DNA of 61,875 bases, counting the filler, from Sphacelaria rigidula (taxonomy: Eukaryota): NCBI GenBank assembly GCA_964200075.2. It is 11 parts of 11 records of this genome, joined end to end, with 100 filler letters (N's around TTAATTAATTAA, not from the genome) between each part and the next. Parts side by side here need not be neighbours in the genome. Positions count along the whole stretch, not along the records: positions 11,270 to 16,803 come from CAXNAA020026550.1; positions 16,904 to 22,437 come from CAXNAA020026551.1; positions 22,538 to 28,071 come from CAXNAA020026552.1; 8 more parts are not named here. One strand, given 5' to 3'. Shown here piece by piece: positions 12,580 to 25,765 of the stretch. The notes under the pieces are model-generated. The model was not told where the DNA came from and ran no database searches. It saw only the letters and a program-made list of their open reading frames with translations. How positions within the stretch are numbered: position 1 is the stretch's first letter; each line of letters opens with the position of its first letter. Position numbers and translations under genes: made by a program.

Positions 12580-14819
12580 GTTTCTTTTCTTTTTGGTGTT
12601 GTTACACGTTTGACCCCTTCCCCTTCCGTTCAGACGGATCCGCTCTCTTGAGGGATCAGTCCATCCAATCTCGCTCTCTGCCGCGGTACACACCCTCCAT
12701 TTTCGTATATTAGCGGATTGGATCAGCACTTGCATCGAATTCATAAATGCGCGGATTTTGTTTTCACCACTCACATCTTCACGTTTTCAACGACGAGGAG
12801 TACATACTGCAGACAGATACTGCTCACAAAGATCAAACATGTCGGGATTCGAACACGCGCAACCTTCCGCCCTGACTGACTATGAATGTGTCGGTCAAGA
12901 CGACTCGCACGCAGCTATATCTCCGGTGCTACATAACGTCAACCCTGCCCCACCCGATGTACCGCACGATAGGGTGTTGTTGAAACCCTGAGACCAATCC
13001 TGATCTCGTCTGTTCTTTCTCCTGGCGAAGGACAGGACCCTGGCGTTACGCCGCGATTGTGCAGGGGTCTGTTTGAGACGATACGGGCGACCGCTTCTGG
13101 GAGGAGGGTGCGGGTGCTGGCTACTTACGTTGAGGTAATCCACCGTTTTGGTTTCCGTCGATGCCATGCCTCGTGTATCCCGGTTGCGAGTTTTTTGGAG
13201 AGCGCTGACGAGAAAAAAAAAAGGTATACTTGGTCTCTTTTTGACCACGTAGGGGAACGGTGTGATCAGTGGTGATTGGATTTTTGACATGGCGAATCCA
13301 ACTGGAAAGCGGTAGTTGAGGACGGCGCATGGTTATCGGCGTAACGACCAGCAAGCACCCCACGCTGAACCGAGGATTGACCATATTGACAGTGGTGACG
13401 GAAAAAGGTACAAGAGTGGTCAAGGAAGGATGCGCGAGTGACCGAGTTCAGCACTTTGTCGCCAAAGTAAAGTGATGCTCAATGGAGGTAGAGATAAACG
13501 AGCAACACTCTTCCCTTGGGGACAGCTTAGGGGCTCCAGCAACTACGCATTCGTCTCAAGGAGCGTGCTACTCGGTTTCATCCAGTCTTTCGCTTGCAAA
13601 ATATGTGTAGGAAAAAAGCAACACTGCGTAGATATGTAGGAAATAAGCGATACCGCGCGTTCCGCTGAAGATGACATACATCTGGGCGTCAGTTCATGTC
13701 TTTTTGTGCCTGAAAAAAGCTCGGTGACCGCTGTACCCTGACCTGCCCAAAAAACAAGTTGACCTTTTCCCGACTGTCCACTATACATATTTTTCCGTGG
13801 TGTGTGTGTGTGTGTGTGTGTCCAGTGCTTACCTTCCCCGGCACTCATGGTTTTGGGGTTTGGGGCAGCGAGCCACACAGCTGGCTGACCTTCGGCATCC
13901 ACGTTTGTGAATATAGCGATGGATACCTCAAAAGGAACAACTAGAAATTCGGCGTCGTTTCCATGGTGCCATTTACTGCCAATGGACTGGCTTGTTGCTT
14001 GTCTGTGGAGAGAAAACCCGACCGGATTCCGAGCTTTTGTGCACTTGTAGCTTCTGATCGTCTATTCTTGTTTCCGGACTTGCGGCTCAATCGCTTTTGT
14101 GTGCTATCCCTTCTCTTGAAACTCCGGGAGTTGCCCTCTTGACCCTTCCGCGACGTTTTTCGTCCGAGGAGAGTGTTGAGCGGATTTTTCAACCCCGGAA
14201 TGATTTGGTCTACTATCGGATACGATTTGAATCAGTCACGATTTCCCGTTGTTGGGTGCGCGCAGTTAGTTTTACGTGAGAGCGGATTGGAGATGTTCCG
14301 CCGTCACCAACAAACGCCAAACGCGCAAATACTTACCACATTTTTTTGTTTCACTGAAACTTAGATCGTTCAAAAAATTGTTAGTCTAGCCAACAACTAA
14401 ACCGCGACCATCTTAGTCTTCCCGAGATGTCAACATCCGTCCAGCCCCCCTCCCGGGCGAGCAGCAACGGGAAACGATCCAAAAAAGCATTTCCCTGAGA
14501 TATTTTTTGACCGGATCATACGGAGCAACTTCGGAGCATTTGCGATTATATTTTTTGCTTTTGCTTGTGGTTCTCGTGTTGTATGTTTCCTGCCTCAGAA
14601 ACCCCTCCCTAAAGCTTCGAGTGCGGTCCCCAGATCCTCAGGCACCATCCGACCAAGGTTCTTAGAAATAGGATACTGGGCGGCTCGTGATATTACTTGT
14701 ACGAAATGATAATAAATAATACTGATCGCACTATTAATAATTGCAATGACGTGAACGGTGACAAGAACTTACAACTCTGCGAAGACGCTTAGGATGAGGT
14801 ACGAGTACGAGTACGGATA

Positions 14820-15690
14820 ATTTAAGGGTGTCGAAACTTCATGTACTCTAGGATGCTCGAAATGTTCGGCAAGCGATGCCCCAGGTACTCTGGAATATTC
14901 AGTAGAATCGTCAATCGATACTCCAAGATCCTCTCAAGGATCTGGTATTTTTGGTAGGCGACACTCTAGGCAACCTGGAATCCCCAGTATTTTTGGCAGA
15001 GTACTCTGAATACTCGGAAATTCAGAGTGCCTGGAGTATCGTTCTTTATGCCAAGCACCTTTGACTGGGTACCGGGTACCGGGTACAAAGGAGTGCCTAT
15101 TTCTACTGTCCGCTGCACTGGATGGCTACTGCAATCTGCACGAGTTTGCCCATCACGCCGCTGCACGCTTCTAAACTGTACCACTGTGCTGTGGGGCTCG
15201 TTGATGAGGCCATCATGCTCGGGGGAGAGTATGGAGCTCGGCGTGGGTATCACCCAGTAATTGCTTGTAAGTTGAAATCAAGATTCGTGCTGTAGATTGA
15301 ACCGCACGCGGTACCACACTGACGTCATTTTTTTGTGGTATTTTGGCTGTAGTATACCCAGCAAAGCCTATTGTCCAGTATATTGGCGGATGGGTACTGC
15401 GCAGAACCCGGGAGTACTCAGTGCTTTCGGTACTTCATACTGGAACACTCAGTAGCTTCGGCACCCGATGCTCCAGGTACTCCGAAGTACTCGGTATGTT
15501 CGGTACCCGATACTCCATGTACTGTGGAAAACTCAGTATTCCGGCACCGATGCTTCAGGCAATCTGGACTACTCAGTACTCTCGGCAGTTGATACTCCGG
15601 GTATTCGCATCAGAAAGCCATTCCGATCTCTGCGCAGTACTCCGTACCGGGCATCTGATGTGGACGCCTTCCGTGGTCACAGGTCAACTA
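14820..15690. repeat. GAGTACTC/GTACTC-motif-rich non-autonomous DNA-transposon-like sequence
   Basis: Dense GTACTC/GAGTAC/GATACTCC motifs. The segment 15627-15682 recurs at 21303-21358. Confidence 0.5.
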
Positions 15691-17000
15691 CCCAAAACAA
15701 GATTTTTGGGCGAGTAATATACTTCCTCTGTCCCATGAGTAAAGGTACCTAAATTTGTACGGGCCCTCAACGATGTCCGCTCGTTTTTTTTTCTCTTTTA
15801 AAGAACTCTACGGTGCATTTTGGGTGAAGAAAATGTGTTTAAAATATGCAGCTCGTGCTTGAATCATGCAGCCGTGCGGCCGAGAAAAAGTAGGTCGGTC
15901 CAAAAACGGCCATTTTTCACTCGTTTTCCCAGGGAAGCATGATAGACCCGGGAACACGAAAAATCGCGAAAAATGGGCAAAAAAATGTGAAAATCGCGAA
16001 ACCACCATTGATTTTGGACATGTCCGTGATATTAACCTACGCACGCCCCATCCAACATTTTGTTAGCATGTAGTTGCTAGTGATCGGCGTGAAAACGTCC
16101 AGAATCGGTCAATGATGGGAGGAAAATGGATCAAAAAGGGTCAAAATGGGGTATATTTCGACAGAGTTTTAGTGATGAAAACAAGTCTTTTTTTCGTTTT
16201 TTTTTTTCCATCAGCTTCGTCTGCGCTTTGCCTTTCTAACGAACCCAACCACACCATCGTCGCCACCACTGTCATACCTAAACAATGTATCGCCGTCAGG
16301 TACCTTTACTTCTGGGACAGAGGAAGTATATATATATAGAACTCAGCAGAAACTCCCTCAAACGCGATACACAGCGAAAACAAATTCTGCTGACCTCATA
16401 AGTTCCGGTGCTGTAGACGACCATTCGGACTACTGGAGGGAGAGCCCAATGTTTACACTCGGCACGCGAAGCCGAGCGGAGGTGGGGCCAAACTCAGAAA
16501 CCAAAAATCACCAACCACAGCAACAATAATCGCATGGTTCTATCCGTGCACCTCGGGGTACTCAGTATATTCGTCGGTCGATACTCCAGTTACTCTAAAG
16601 CATTGAATACTGACAATTACTCTGCAAAATCCAGAGCACCCTGAGTATCAAGTAAATGCCTTTGGGTTGTACAATAGTTTTGAGTCTAGCCATCTATCCC
16701 CCCTGCTCCTCAGACTGGCAAGCAACAAATGAGTACGCCCCCCTCCCTGCTCCTCAGACTGAGGCAAGAAGCAAATGAGTACGCGCCCCTCTCCCCCCCC
16801 CCCNNNNNNNNNNNNNNNNNNNNNNNNNNNNNNNNNNNNNNNNNNNNTTAATTAATTAANNNNNNNNNNNNNNNNNNNNNNNNNNNNNNNNNNNNNNNNN
16901 NNNGGATCCACACGACTCTACAGTCAGTACCGCGCGCGGGGGGGGGGGGGGAAAGGACTACCAATGACGCCTATGTTGCGCCTTATTCTCATGTCCTCAC

Positions 17001-17222
17001 CCTGCTCGTGTCACAGCTGATGCGATCCGGCAGATGGATTACCAGCGGCTCGCTGTTCGAGTACACAGACTCGAGGACCTCGTCACAGGCTATCGATGTG
17101 GAAACAGCGGTGGCGGAAGTGGCGGCGGTGTCTTCCCCATCACCAGGAGAAGGGTCGCTGAGCGAGCTCTGCAGCGTCAAAGATGCCAACACAAAAAGCA
17201 GGATGAAATTCAATGACCACAT
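17001..17222 (-). CDS. First exon of a putative secreted or cell-surface protein
   Basis: ACAACA-ATG start, signal-peptide-like MWSLNFILLFVLASLTLQSSLS, then DPSPGDGEDTAATSATAVSTSIACDEV..., ending at an AGG|GTGAGG donor. Product family not recognised. Confidence 0.65.
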
Positions 17223-19337
17223 TGTTGTATCTTGTCTGTCGACGGGGTGCCCAAAGTAAGGGATGGTGCGGAGCCGATGATTGTGATGGAGGGGGGGAGG
17301 CGAGGCATTGTCGCGGCCAGTGAATCTTCGGACTAAAAGGCGGGAGCGGGAGCGGATTGCTCGACGCGATCTTCTCGTGTCATTTGCACGTTACTTGCAA
17401 GGGTCCGCATCTAGTAACCGTTGCCCTCGACGCATGAATACACAGCAGAGGCAGGTGTCGGCTTGAGGGCGATGAATGCGTAGAATCAGTCATGTTTCAG
17501 TGCGATACAACTGCCCCTTGCCGTACTCTAAATATACGAAGCGGTTTTTATCGTCATACGCCAATGGTGATGCTCTGATCGATAGCAGTCGAGGCAGGAA
17601 GAAGGATTGTCGGCACCGTTGCAAGAAGGCTGCTCTTCTGAGACTTCTAATGCACACTGTGGTATATAATTTCTGTACTGTTATGGTGTAGCGGGTAAAT
17701 TGATGCTGCCTGAGGTTACTTGCGGAGCAAATTTCGTCGTGAGAGGCTTGAGGTTGAGCTGGCTCGGCGAGTTTGGACAGGGGAGTCATGGAGATGGGCA
17801 ACATCAGACGACGGAGGTAGGGTGCTGTGGTGCGAATTTCGACCCGTTGACTACATGATGAATGCACTCTATTTCGTATTGTGCTGTCCATCCCACTTCA
17901 TTGTATAAGTTAATGAAGGTGGACCCGTGGACATGCTACGTTGTCCAATATGCGCGTAGTACAGACTGTCATGTTGTCGGTGTCATGGTGTCATCCAGGT
18001 CTCCATATATCCTGCAAAAAGAATTATAAACAAGTCACCCAGCTATAATAATCGTGACACCTTCATTTTGGTAATTACTATTGAAGTACAGTATAGCCAG
18101 AGTCCTCACAAGAGCGGACTATTTCGATCATTTACATTTGTTTAGGGAAGGGAGTGCTACGTAGTGGATGCTGGTGCAGTCGACTGTAAGAGTTCGCACG
18201 TCCCAGAAGACACTTTACCGCGACAATATGTGTAGCAATGCTATGTACCTGTTGCCTGATGCTACCATGTACAATTAGTCGCCGCAAGCAGTCAACAAGA
18301 ATAACACTAGGGCTTTCCTGCGTTAGTTCCCGCTTCTTGTGACCGAAGAAGCGACCACGCAGCTGGGTTCAGTCCAGAATAAAGACCCGGGAGGCCTTGA
18401 AAGGCTGCAATACAAGTAAACTATTGAAGCTGGCCATCCACACACCACAAAGGAAACATCCTGGCGGTCTGCAGTCATGTCGTACGGCGTACTTCCCTGT
18501 TGACCTGATGAGCAGTGGTAAATCGATCCTTTGTGGAACGCACGCCCAGATTTTGGCGCGGATATTCGCAAGTTACGCATGTTTCAGAAGGTTTGGGGCA
18601 TGATAGTTGTCGAGTGGCGAAGGGTATGTCCAGGGATATCAGAAGCTCTTGTGTACGTATGTCATACCCTACAGGGAACCCGTATGGCAGTCTAAGGCGT
18701 TTGACCGTCAGGGTGGGTCATCGATTGAATCAGCGTCATCATTGGTTGGAAAACAAATGTAATATCCACATGACCCGCTTTGCCTGTCGGAAGGGTCGAA
18801 CCCCTTCGGCCACCGGGGCGGGTCGCCCAGGTGTCACATACAATTTTCAAGTGAAATGAAATGCCGACTCAACACATGACCCACCCTGGCGGTCTAAGGT
18901 TTGATCTTGTGATCGCCCATTTGTCATCAGACCGTTTTACTTGTTTGTTTCCGACGCGAGGTGGGCTACTTCTTATATTTTGGCGACCTCCAGTAGACAC
19001 AGAGAGAGCTCTAGTAGTGACGTAGCACAGCGTTCCTTCGCATGGCGCGCGTGTGTCGCGTCCACGTGTATGGTGGTGCAATTTGTCGTGTACTGTACTT
19101 GATATCTGCAGGGCCCGTTTCAAGGAGACGAGAAAAGTGAGAATGCGTCGTGAGAGTGAGGGGGATTATATTCTAGCGGTTGTGTTGTTATTTTGTGTCC
19201 TTCCGATTGGTTGAGAGCTGATGCGCAACCAATTGGAAGGACAGGAGAAAAAAACAATCCCGAAAAATGTCTGAATCGTTCTCACTCTCATGGAGCGTTC
19301 TCACTTTTGTTTTTTGGTTGAAACAGGCAAGCCCTTA

Positions 19338-20119
19338 GACCCACTTTTATGGCAACGAATCTCGATTTGTACAAATATGAGGATTTCAGCCCGTCTACAG
19401 GCGATTTTCTCCCGTCGATTGACTTATCGGACCGCAGTCCGTTGGGCACAGTTTCTCGGCTAGTTGTGAGCAAACGAGATCAATTCTCCGGTTCTCTAGA
19501 CATTGACTTGTGATTCACCACCTTTCTGCCCAAATCGGGACACTCCGGCATTTCCCCTGCCTTTTTTCGATGAGGATTTTATCCCGTCTACAGACGATTT
19601 TCTCCGGTCGATTGATTTTTCGGACCCCAGTCCTTTCGGCAATGTTTTTCGGCTAGCTGTGAGCAAACCAGATCAATTCTCCGATTCTCTGGACGTTGAC
19701 TTTTGGTTCACCACCTTTCTGCCCAAATCGGGACACTCTCACATCTCTCCCAATTTTTTTCAATATAAGGATTTCAGCCCGTCTACAGGCGATTTTCTCC
19801 CGTGAATTTTTTCTTTCTTTCTTTCTTTCGGACCCCAGTCCGTCCAGCAGTGCTTTTCGGCTAGCTGTGAGCAAACCAGATCAATTCTCCGTAAAATTGG
19901 AAGAGATGCGGGAGTGTTCCGATTTGGGCAGAAAGGTGGTAAACCAAAAGTCAACGTTCAGAGAATCGCAGGATTGATCTGGTTTGCTCACAGCTAGCCG
20001 AAAAACATTACCCAACGGACTGGGGTCCGAAAAATCAATCCACGGGAGAAAATCGCCTGTAGACCAGCCGAAATCCTCATATTCGTACGAATCGATATTC
20101 GTTGCCATAAAGGTGGGTC
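19338..20119. mobile_element. Non-autonomous DNA transposon with long (about 200 bp) TIRs and internally triplicated subterminal module
   Basis: GACCCACTTTTATGGCAACGAAT... is inverted as ...ATTCGTTGCCATAAAGGTGGGTC with flanks CTTA/TTAA. Three direct modules of about 190 bp (AGGATTT..CCGTCTACAG.CGATTTTCTCC...GTGAGCAAAC.AGATCAATTCTCC) precede one inverted module. Confidence 0.8.
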
Positions 20120-20717
20120 TTAAGCCTGTCACTACAACCCGGTACAACTCAGAAACATGTGGGGCGATCTGCGTTCATTTTGTCGCGTCTATTCCGAAGG
20201 CGGAGCAGTCGTCAGTGACACGGTGCTGAAGGCGTTTCGCGAGTTGGCCTGCGTTTCTCTCCCCTCCGATCACTTCTTCGCGCATAACTATGTTGAGGAG
20301 GCGTTTGTCGTGCGTGCACGCGACGAGGCCGTCTATACTAGTGTTGTCATTATCCACCAAAACCAAAAAATATATCAGAAGCTGGATTTACAAAAGGGAA
20401 CGCCGCGGGTGCGGCAAGGGCCAAGAGCGCCTACTGCTCTTGGAGATGTAGAGTCTCTAGGAACATAAGAAGGGCTTCGTCTATTGTACTACCGTACATT
20501 TTGTACGAGTAGACCATACATCGCGATGGGTTTGGCGCCATGCCGTTCATATGTTGATAGAACGATGCGATTGAAGCTCGAAATCTGCAAGTAAGAATAT
20601 AGTTGTTGCCACATGTTCACTTGGTTCAAGAGGGGATACGAGTATTTGCGGTGCAGACTATAGTATCTGCAGCGACATGTGCGCTGGATGACAATCTCGC
20701 CCCCTCGCCCGCAAGAT

Positions 20718-20990
20718 GTCTCTGGAAGGGGCGATGCCAGAAAATGAAGCAACTCATTCGGGGCTGTCATCGATATGCAAGATAATTAGTTACCTTCGGG
20801 CGGAACAATCTTAGTAGGCAGCAGTTAGCTCACCCGTCATGCGACTCGTCGAATACATCACGGCAGTTCGTCCTTGATGTTTGAGTGCGAGCCTGGTTCG
20901 GCAAACCCGGCGTGCTCCGTCCCGGCTTTTTAGGGATGCGAGGCCACCAGTTTCAAGACCGCAGCATTCAAGATCATGAGTACACCCCCC
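20718..20990 (+). repeat. Dispersed repeat family A copy
   Basis: Aligns end to end with 3026-3300 and ends in ATCATGAGTACACCCCCC. Confidence 0.85.
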
Positions 20991-23844
20991 TCCCCCCGCA
21001 AAACGTCCAAGCGTTGTTTCTAATCAGTACAACAAGATGCCTCAAAACCTCAACACCTACCCCATGCGTACTACTAAAATAATACAGAAGTTGCATCTCG
21101 AGTATCGCTCTATTGCCGGTCACTGACGTTTTGAGTATTTTCCATCTGCCGTTCATCCTGCGCCCTCATTTGAAGCCTTTCTGTGCAGTAGATTTCATTG
21201 GCACAGGGCAACTATGATATTCGCGATGCGAGGTACCGTGGTGTATTGTGATGGGCGACCGGATGTTGTTGTTGTTTCCTTCACATGAAAAACTGTTCTG
21301 ATATCTGCGCAGTACTCTGCACTGAGCATCTGATGCGGACGCCTTCCGTGGTCATAGGCTCTGATGTAACGCCATTATTTTCGTAGGATTCCCAGACAAA
21401 TTGGAGACGCGCTGCATTTTGTGTTCAAGTGCACAAAAATGTCTTGCACTATACTATACCATGATGAAATGTAGAGTAAAAGACTTTGCACCCCATGCAT
21501 GTAACTATACCATTATAGCGATTTGCAATAGACCGCCCTATTTTCACAGTGCTGAAGCATGATTGAGCACGGGAAACGCGTTGTTTTTGTGACCACAGAA
21601 TTTTTGCCCGCCTGAGGTCGACAAGAAAATAAGCACAAGCTGGGCCGACGAACAAAGCGGGAATGCACCAATATCGCCTCACACACCCCAGTATTCAATA
21701 TTTTGACTTGGGACTCGAAAAATCGATACGAGGATTCCACGTTGAAATAAACCAAACGTTACTGGTTCTGATCACTAAATCTACGATTTCTTGGGCCAGA
21801 TTGATAAATAAAAGGGAGGGGGGGGGGCGGGGGGGTTGATGGCGGGTCAAGAACGTCTCTGGGCATTTTTCGCGCTATTCCACTTGCCTCGCCTGGGGTG
21901 CGCGTCCTTCAACCTGGGGTGCAACGTTGAAAACAAGGCCAACCAGGAGTGCCCAAAAACAACTGCGAGGCCCTTTGCCGATGTTTTGAATCCTAGGTGT
22001 TTTCGGGGGGGGGGGAGGGGGGGTACAATATCCCATACATGAATTTGAAAAAAAATGAACAAAATAAGTATATAAAGAATAAAAATTCGTGATGATGAGG
22101 CTTTAATTCTTCGCATACATTCGGAGCCAAGTAAGGCCAAGTTATCTTTATGGGTTTCGGCAATACATTGAACATCACACTTCCACGACAAGAACAAGAC
22201 CAGACAAATACCACAATGCTCTGCAATGCTTGCTCAATCAAGCTAAACGCATCTGCGCCCCCAATTTGTGTCCAATGTTGTGGTGGCAGATAGGGCCAAC
22301 AGTCATGGGCGATACCTCACGCAAGTCGCCCCAAAATGGCTATTTAGTGAGTGTTTTTTTATGCGAAATCAAGAAAAAATCCTACGACCGCCGGAGGGGG
22401 GGGGAGGGAGGGGGGGGGGCGTACTCATTTGTTGCTTNNNNNNNNNNNNNNNNNNNNNNNNNNNNNNNNNNNNNNNNNNNNTTAATTAATTAANNNNNNN
22501 NNNNNNNNNNNNNNNNNNNNNNNNNNNNNNNNNNNNNTCCCGGCTTTGTAGGGATGCGAGGTCAATGGTCTTATGACTATGGGCATGCATGATCATGAGT
22601 ACACCCAACGCTCGTATGTCCTCGTGTCAACGATCACGCTACCGGTAGTGCTCGGTGCGCCATTCGTAGGCAGCATATGTACGGCAGGTGGCAACACTGC
22701 CCACTTTACACAGGGATGAGGGTTACGCTTGGCCCCGTTACAACCGTCCGGTCGTTCGAATCTCTTCATGCCAACAAACTTCACCTTTCTCCCTCCCCCG
22801 CGCGCAGGGGGAGGTCAACGGTCTTGCGACCAAGGCATGTAAATTCATGAGCTCAACCCCGCCCAGCGCGTACGCAGCACATGGAGCGATTGCTCACTTT
22901 GCAACGTCTTTTATAAAAATAGTGCTTTGTTCTCTCAAGGTCACGCGGTCCACGTTTAGGTACCTACGGGCATGCGGAACACGTGAATCCCCCATAATCC
23001 CCCATACGAGTAGTGAAGTATACAAGTGAGGCCGGGACAAGAATGCATAGAAGGGGGTGCGTGAAATCACGAAAAAAAAAATGTGTACGAGTACAGCTAC
23101 CGATTCAATAGCGCTTCATGTCAGGAAAAACTGACTTAGAATCACTTCCGATGGTACTTTTTCAAGGGTCGGACAAATCAATGATTCGTCTGGGAATTAC
23201 TTGGTTTTGGTGTAATTGATTCGAATTGTACGAATCAATCCCTAGGCTTTGTTTTCAACGCTGAAATCAAACCCAGGTACATGCAGCCCAGACACGTAGA
23301 ATGGCGCAAAAGTTGCGTGGATACCCCTTGGACCAGCGGTCAACTCTTTTCTCCCTTTTGGGCAATCAGGTCGAAGAAATCGTGGATTCGGTGATTCGAA
23401 TCCGTGATGATTTGTCCAAACCGTGTACTTTTTTACAACTTTTATTTTCATTCCCCGTCACAGTTGCAACCTCTCCCTTACCTCGGGACTATTTCATTCC
23501 GTGGTCTCAAGGGACCAATCCATCTCTCCGCCGGTACACGGCCTGCATTTCGGTATCGTGGGTTGGATAATGACCATCACCACCTCCGCACCGCGTCGAC
23601 TCTAGCCAAGATGAGCTCTCTTTGATAGTCACATCCTCACGCTTCCAACGAAGGGCGTCAGATACTACGCACCCAGAATTAAAAAAAAGCGCAACGGCCA
23701 TGACTCGAACTCGCACTCTTCACGCCTATTATAGTGGCTTCAATGGTACAACTACGCCACCGGGGCGCGCCGACAACATTCCTCTAACACCCTCTGAACC
23801 TGCCAACCCGTCCCCTCCCCCTTCCCCTCCCCTGCCGTCGGCAC

Positions 23845-25708
23845 CTGCTCATGGCCCCCTGCTGCGCTTTGACAGACTGCTGCTTCTTCACCGCAGCGCC
23901 TCCGTCAGCATCTCCTCCATATTCGCCCAGCAGATCTTTGAGCTCTTCGTTGTAGATCTCCAGGAACGAAGCTTGCACGTCGTAGCTCCACTGCCCCTCC
24001 TGATTTATTTCGTGTTCATGAGGGGCAGTCGCGGACGAATTACGTCGGCAAAAATAATACAGGATCATCCCCCCCCCTCACGACAGCAACGACATCGTAG
24101 CAGGAAAGTTGGGCAGCAGAATATTCTCGGGTCGAGAGTCCGTGGCTAACTAAGCTGGAACCACGTCCTTGACATACATCACCTGCTGTAGTCCATCGCA
24201 CCCCGCTGAGTGACCCTACAGCAAGCAATGTATTGAGGCGTTCTCTCTCACCTACACCTAGACCCGTCAACAAACGCAAGTTGCACGAACTGTCAACCAT
24301 CAGCAAATCGAAAGCTCTCCATGAGACCACAAGGCTCTCTCTCCCTTCCCCGATGAGTAGAACATCCACACACCGTACAACAGTTCAAGCAAAAGTGTCA
24401 TACTCCAAGTGCTAGTGACGAGATATACGTAACGCAACACCGCCAAAGCACACCTGCAGCTCCGCCACCCTCGCGAGGATGTGCTCAACGGATCTGGGAA
24501 TGACACCCCTCATCCGACCGCTGCCCGAACCCGTCATGGTGTGCGTCTTTCCCGAACCCGTTTGCCCGTAGCTGAACAAGCACACCTTTGTTCAAACGTT
24601 TAGGGTTAGGGCTACGGTGAGGGGCTAGGGACAGAGCAAGATGTTGGGTGTGTGGAGAATGACCGATGTAAGCTACCAATTGCGACGAGCACAACCGTTC
24701 AAGGGCAGGTCGAGTAGAGTATGCTCAATACTCAGTATTTTCGGAGAGTCATGCTTCTCGTACTCAAATTTTGAGTAGAGTATTTGAAGTCATACCCAAG
24801 TGATACTCCATACTCAAGTATTACCGAGAGTGCTTACTCAATATTTGAGTAGAGTATTTGAGGCCGTACTCGACCTATTCAAAACTGGAGTAGAGTATTA
24901 AGGTCATACCCAAGTGATACTCCATACTCAAGTATTACCGAGAGTGCTTACTCAATATTTGAGTAGAATATTGGATGCCGTACTCGATCTACTCGAAATT
25001 TGATTAGAGTAAAATACTCGGGTATTTTACTCGAGTACTCAAAAGTACATGCTCTACGCGACCTGCCCTTGCAACCGTTTGTCAAGGACAAAGCACCATC
25101 AACAGTTCAAAAAAATCTAAGCAAGCATTTGCTGGTACATCAAACTTTTCCACAACCGACCCAATAATATAGTTTGTTGCAGGTACTAGAATGTATCCCT
25201 CGGAGATTTCTGTATGACATTCGATGACGTGACACTCTCCGACACCGTACACACAGACTCAGAATGATTCCAATATCACCACCTTCGCAGCCTCGGCAGG
25301 ACGGCATACAGTTACACTCCCAGATGGACGACCAGATCCCTTTTTTTTCGTTGAAGCAAGGAGGAATCCTGACCCAACCAACCTTTACCCCGCAATCGGA
25401 TTCGTGTGCCGATTACCCCGAGGCTCGGCTAGACTGCCTCGCGGCTGTCATATGGGGCAGGCGCCTCGAGCGGTCGGAAGCTTTGCTCAAGGCAGAGTGG
25501 GGGTTCGACCCACAGAACCAGGTTGTACGAGTACGTAAACAATAAACGCGGGACAACCAACACGTCCCGTCAAACCTCACTGACCTCTACAACTGGCACC
25601 CGACAGTAATTCAGGCTGGCTATTTCTCAAGCGCGTGCGCGTCTGCCCTCTCGCGCCTGATTGATTGGTTGCTCGTTCATGTGTCCTGTCCTGTCCTGTC
25701 CTGTCCTG

Positions 25709-25765
<57 letters not shown>

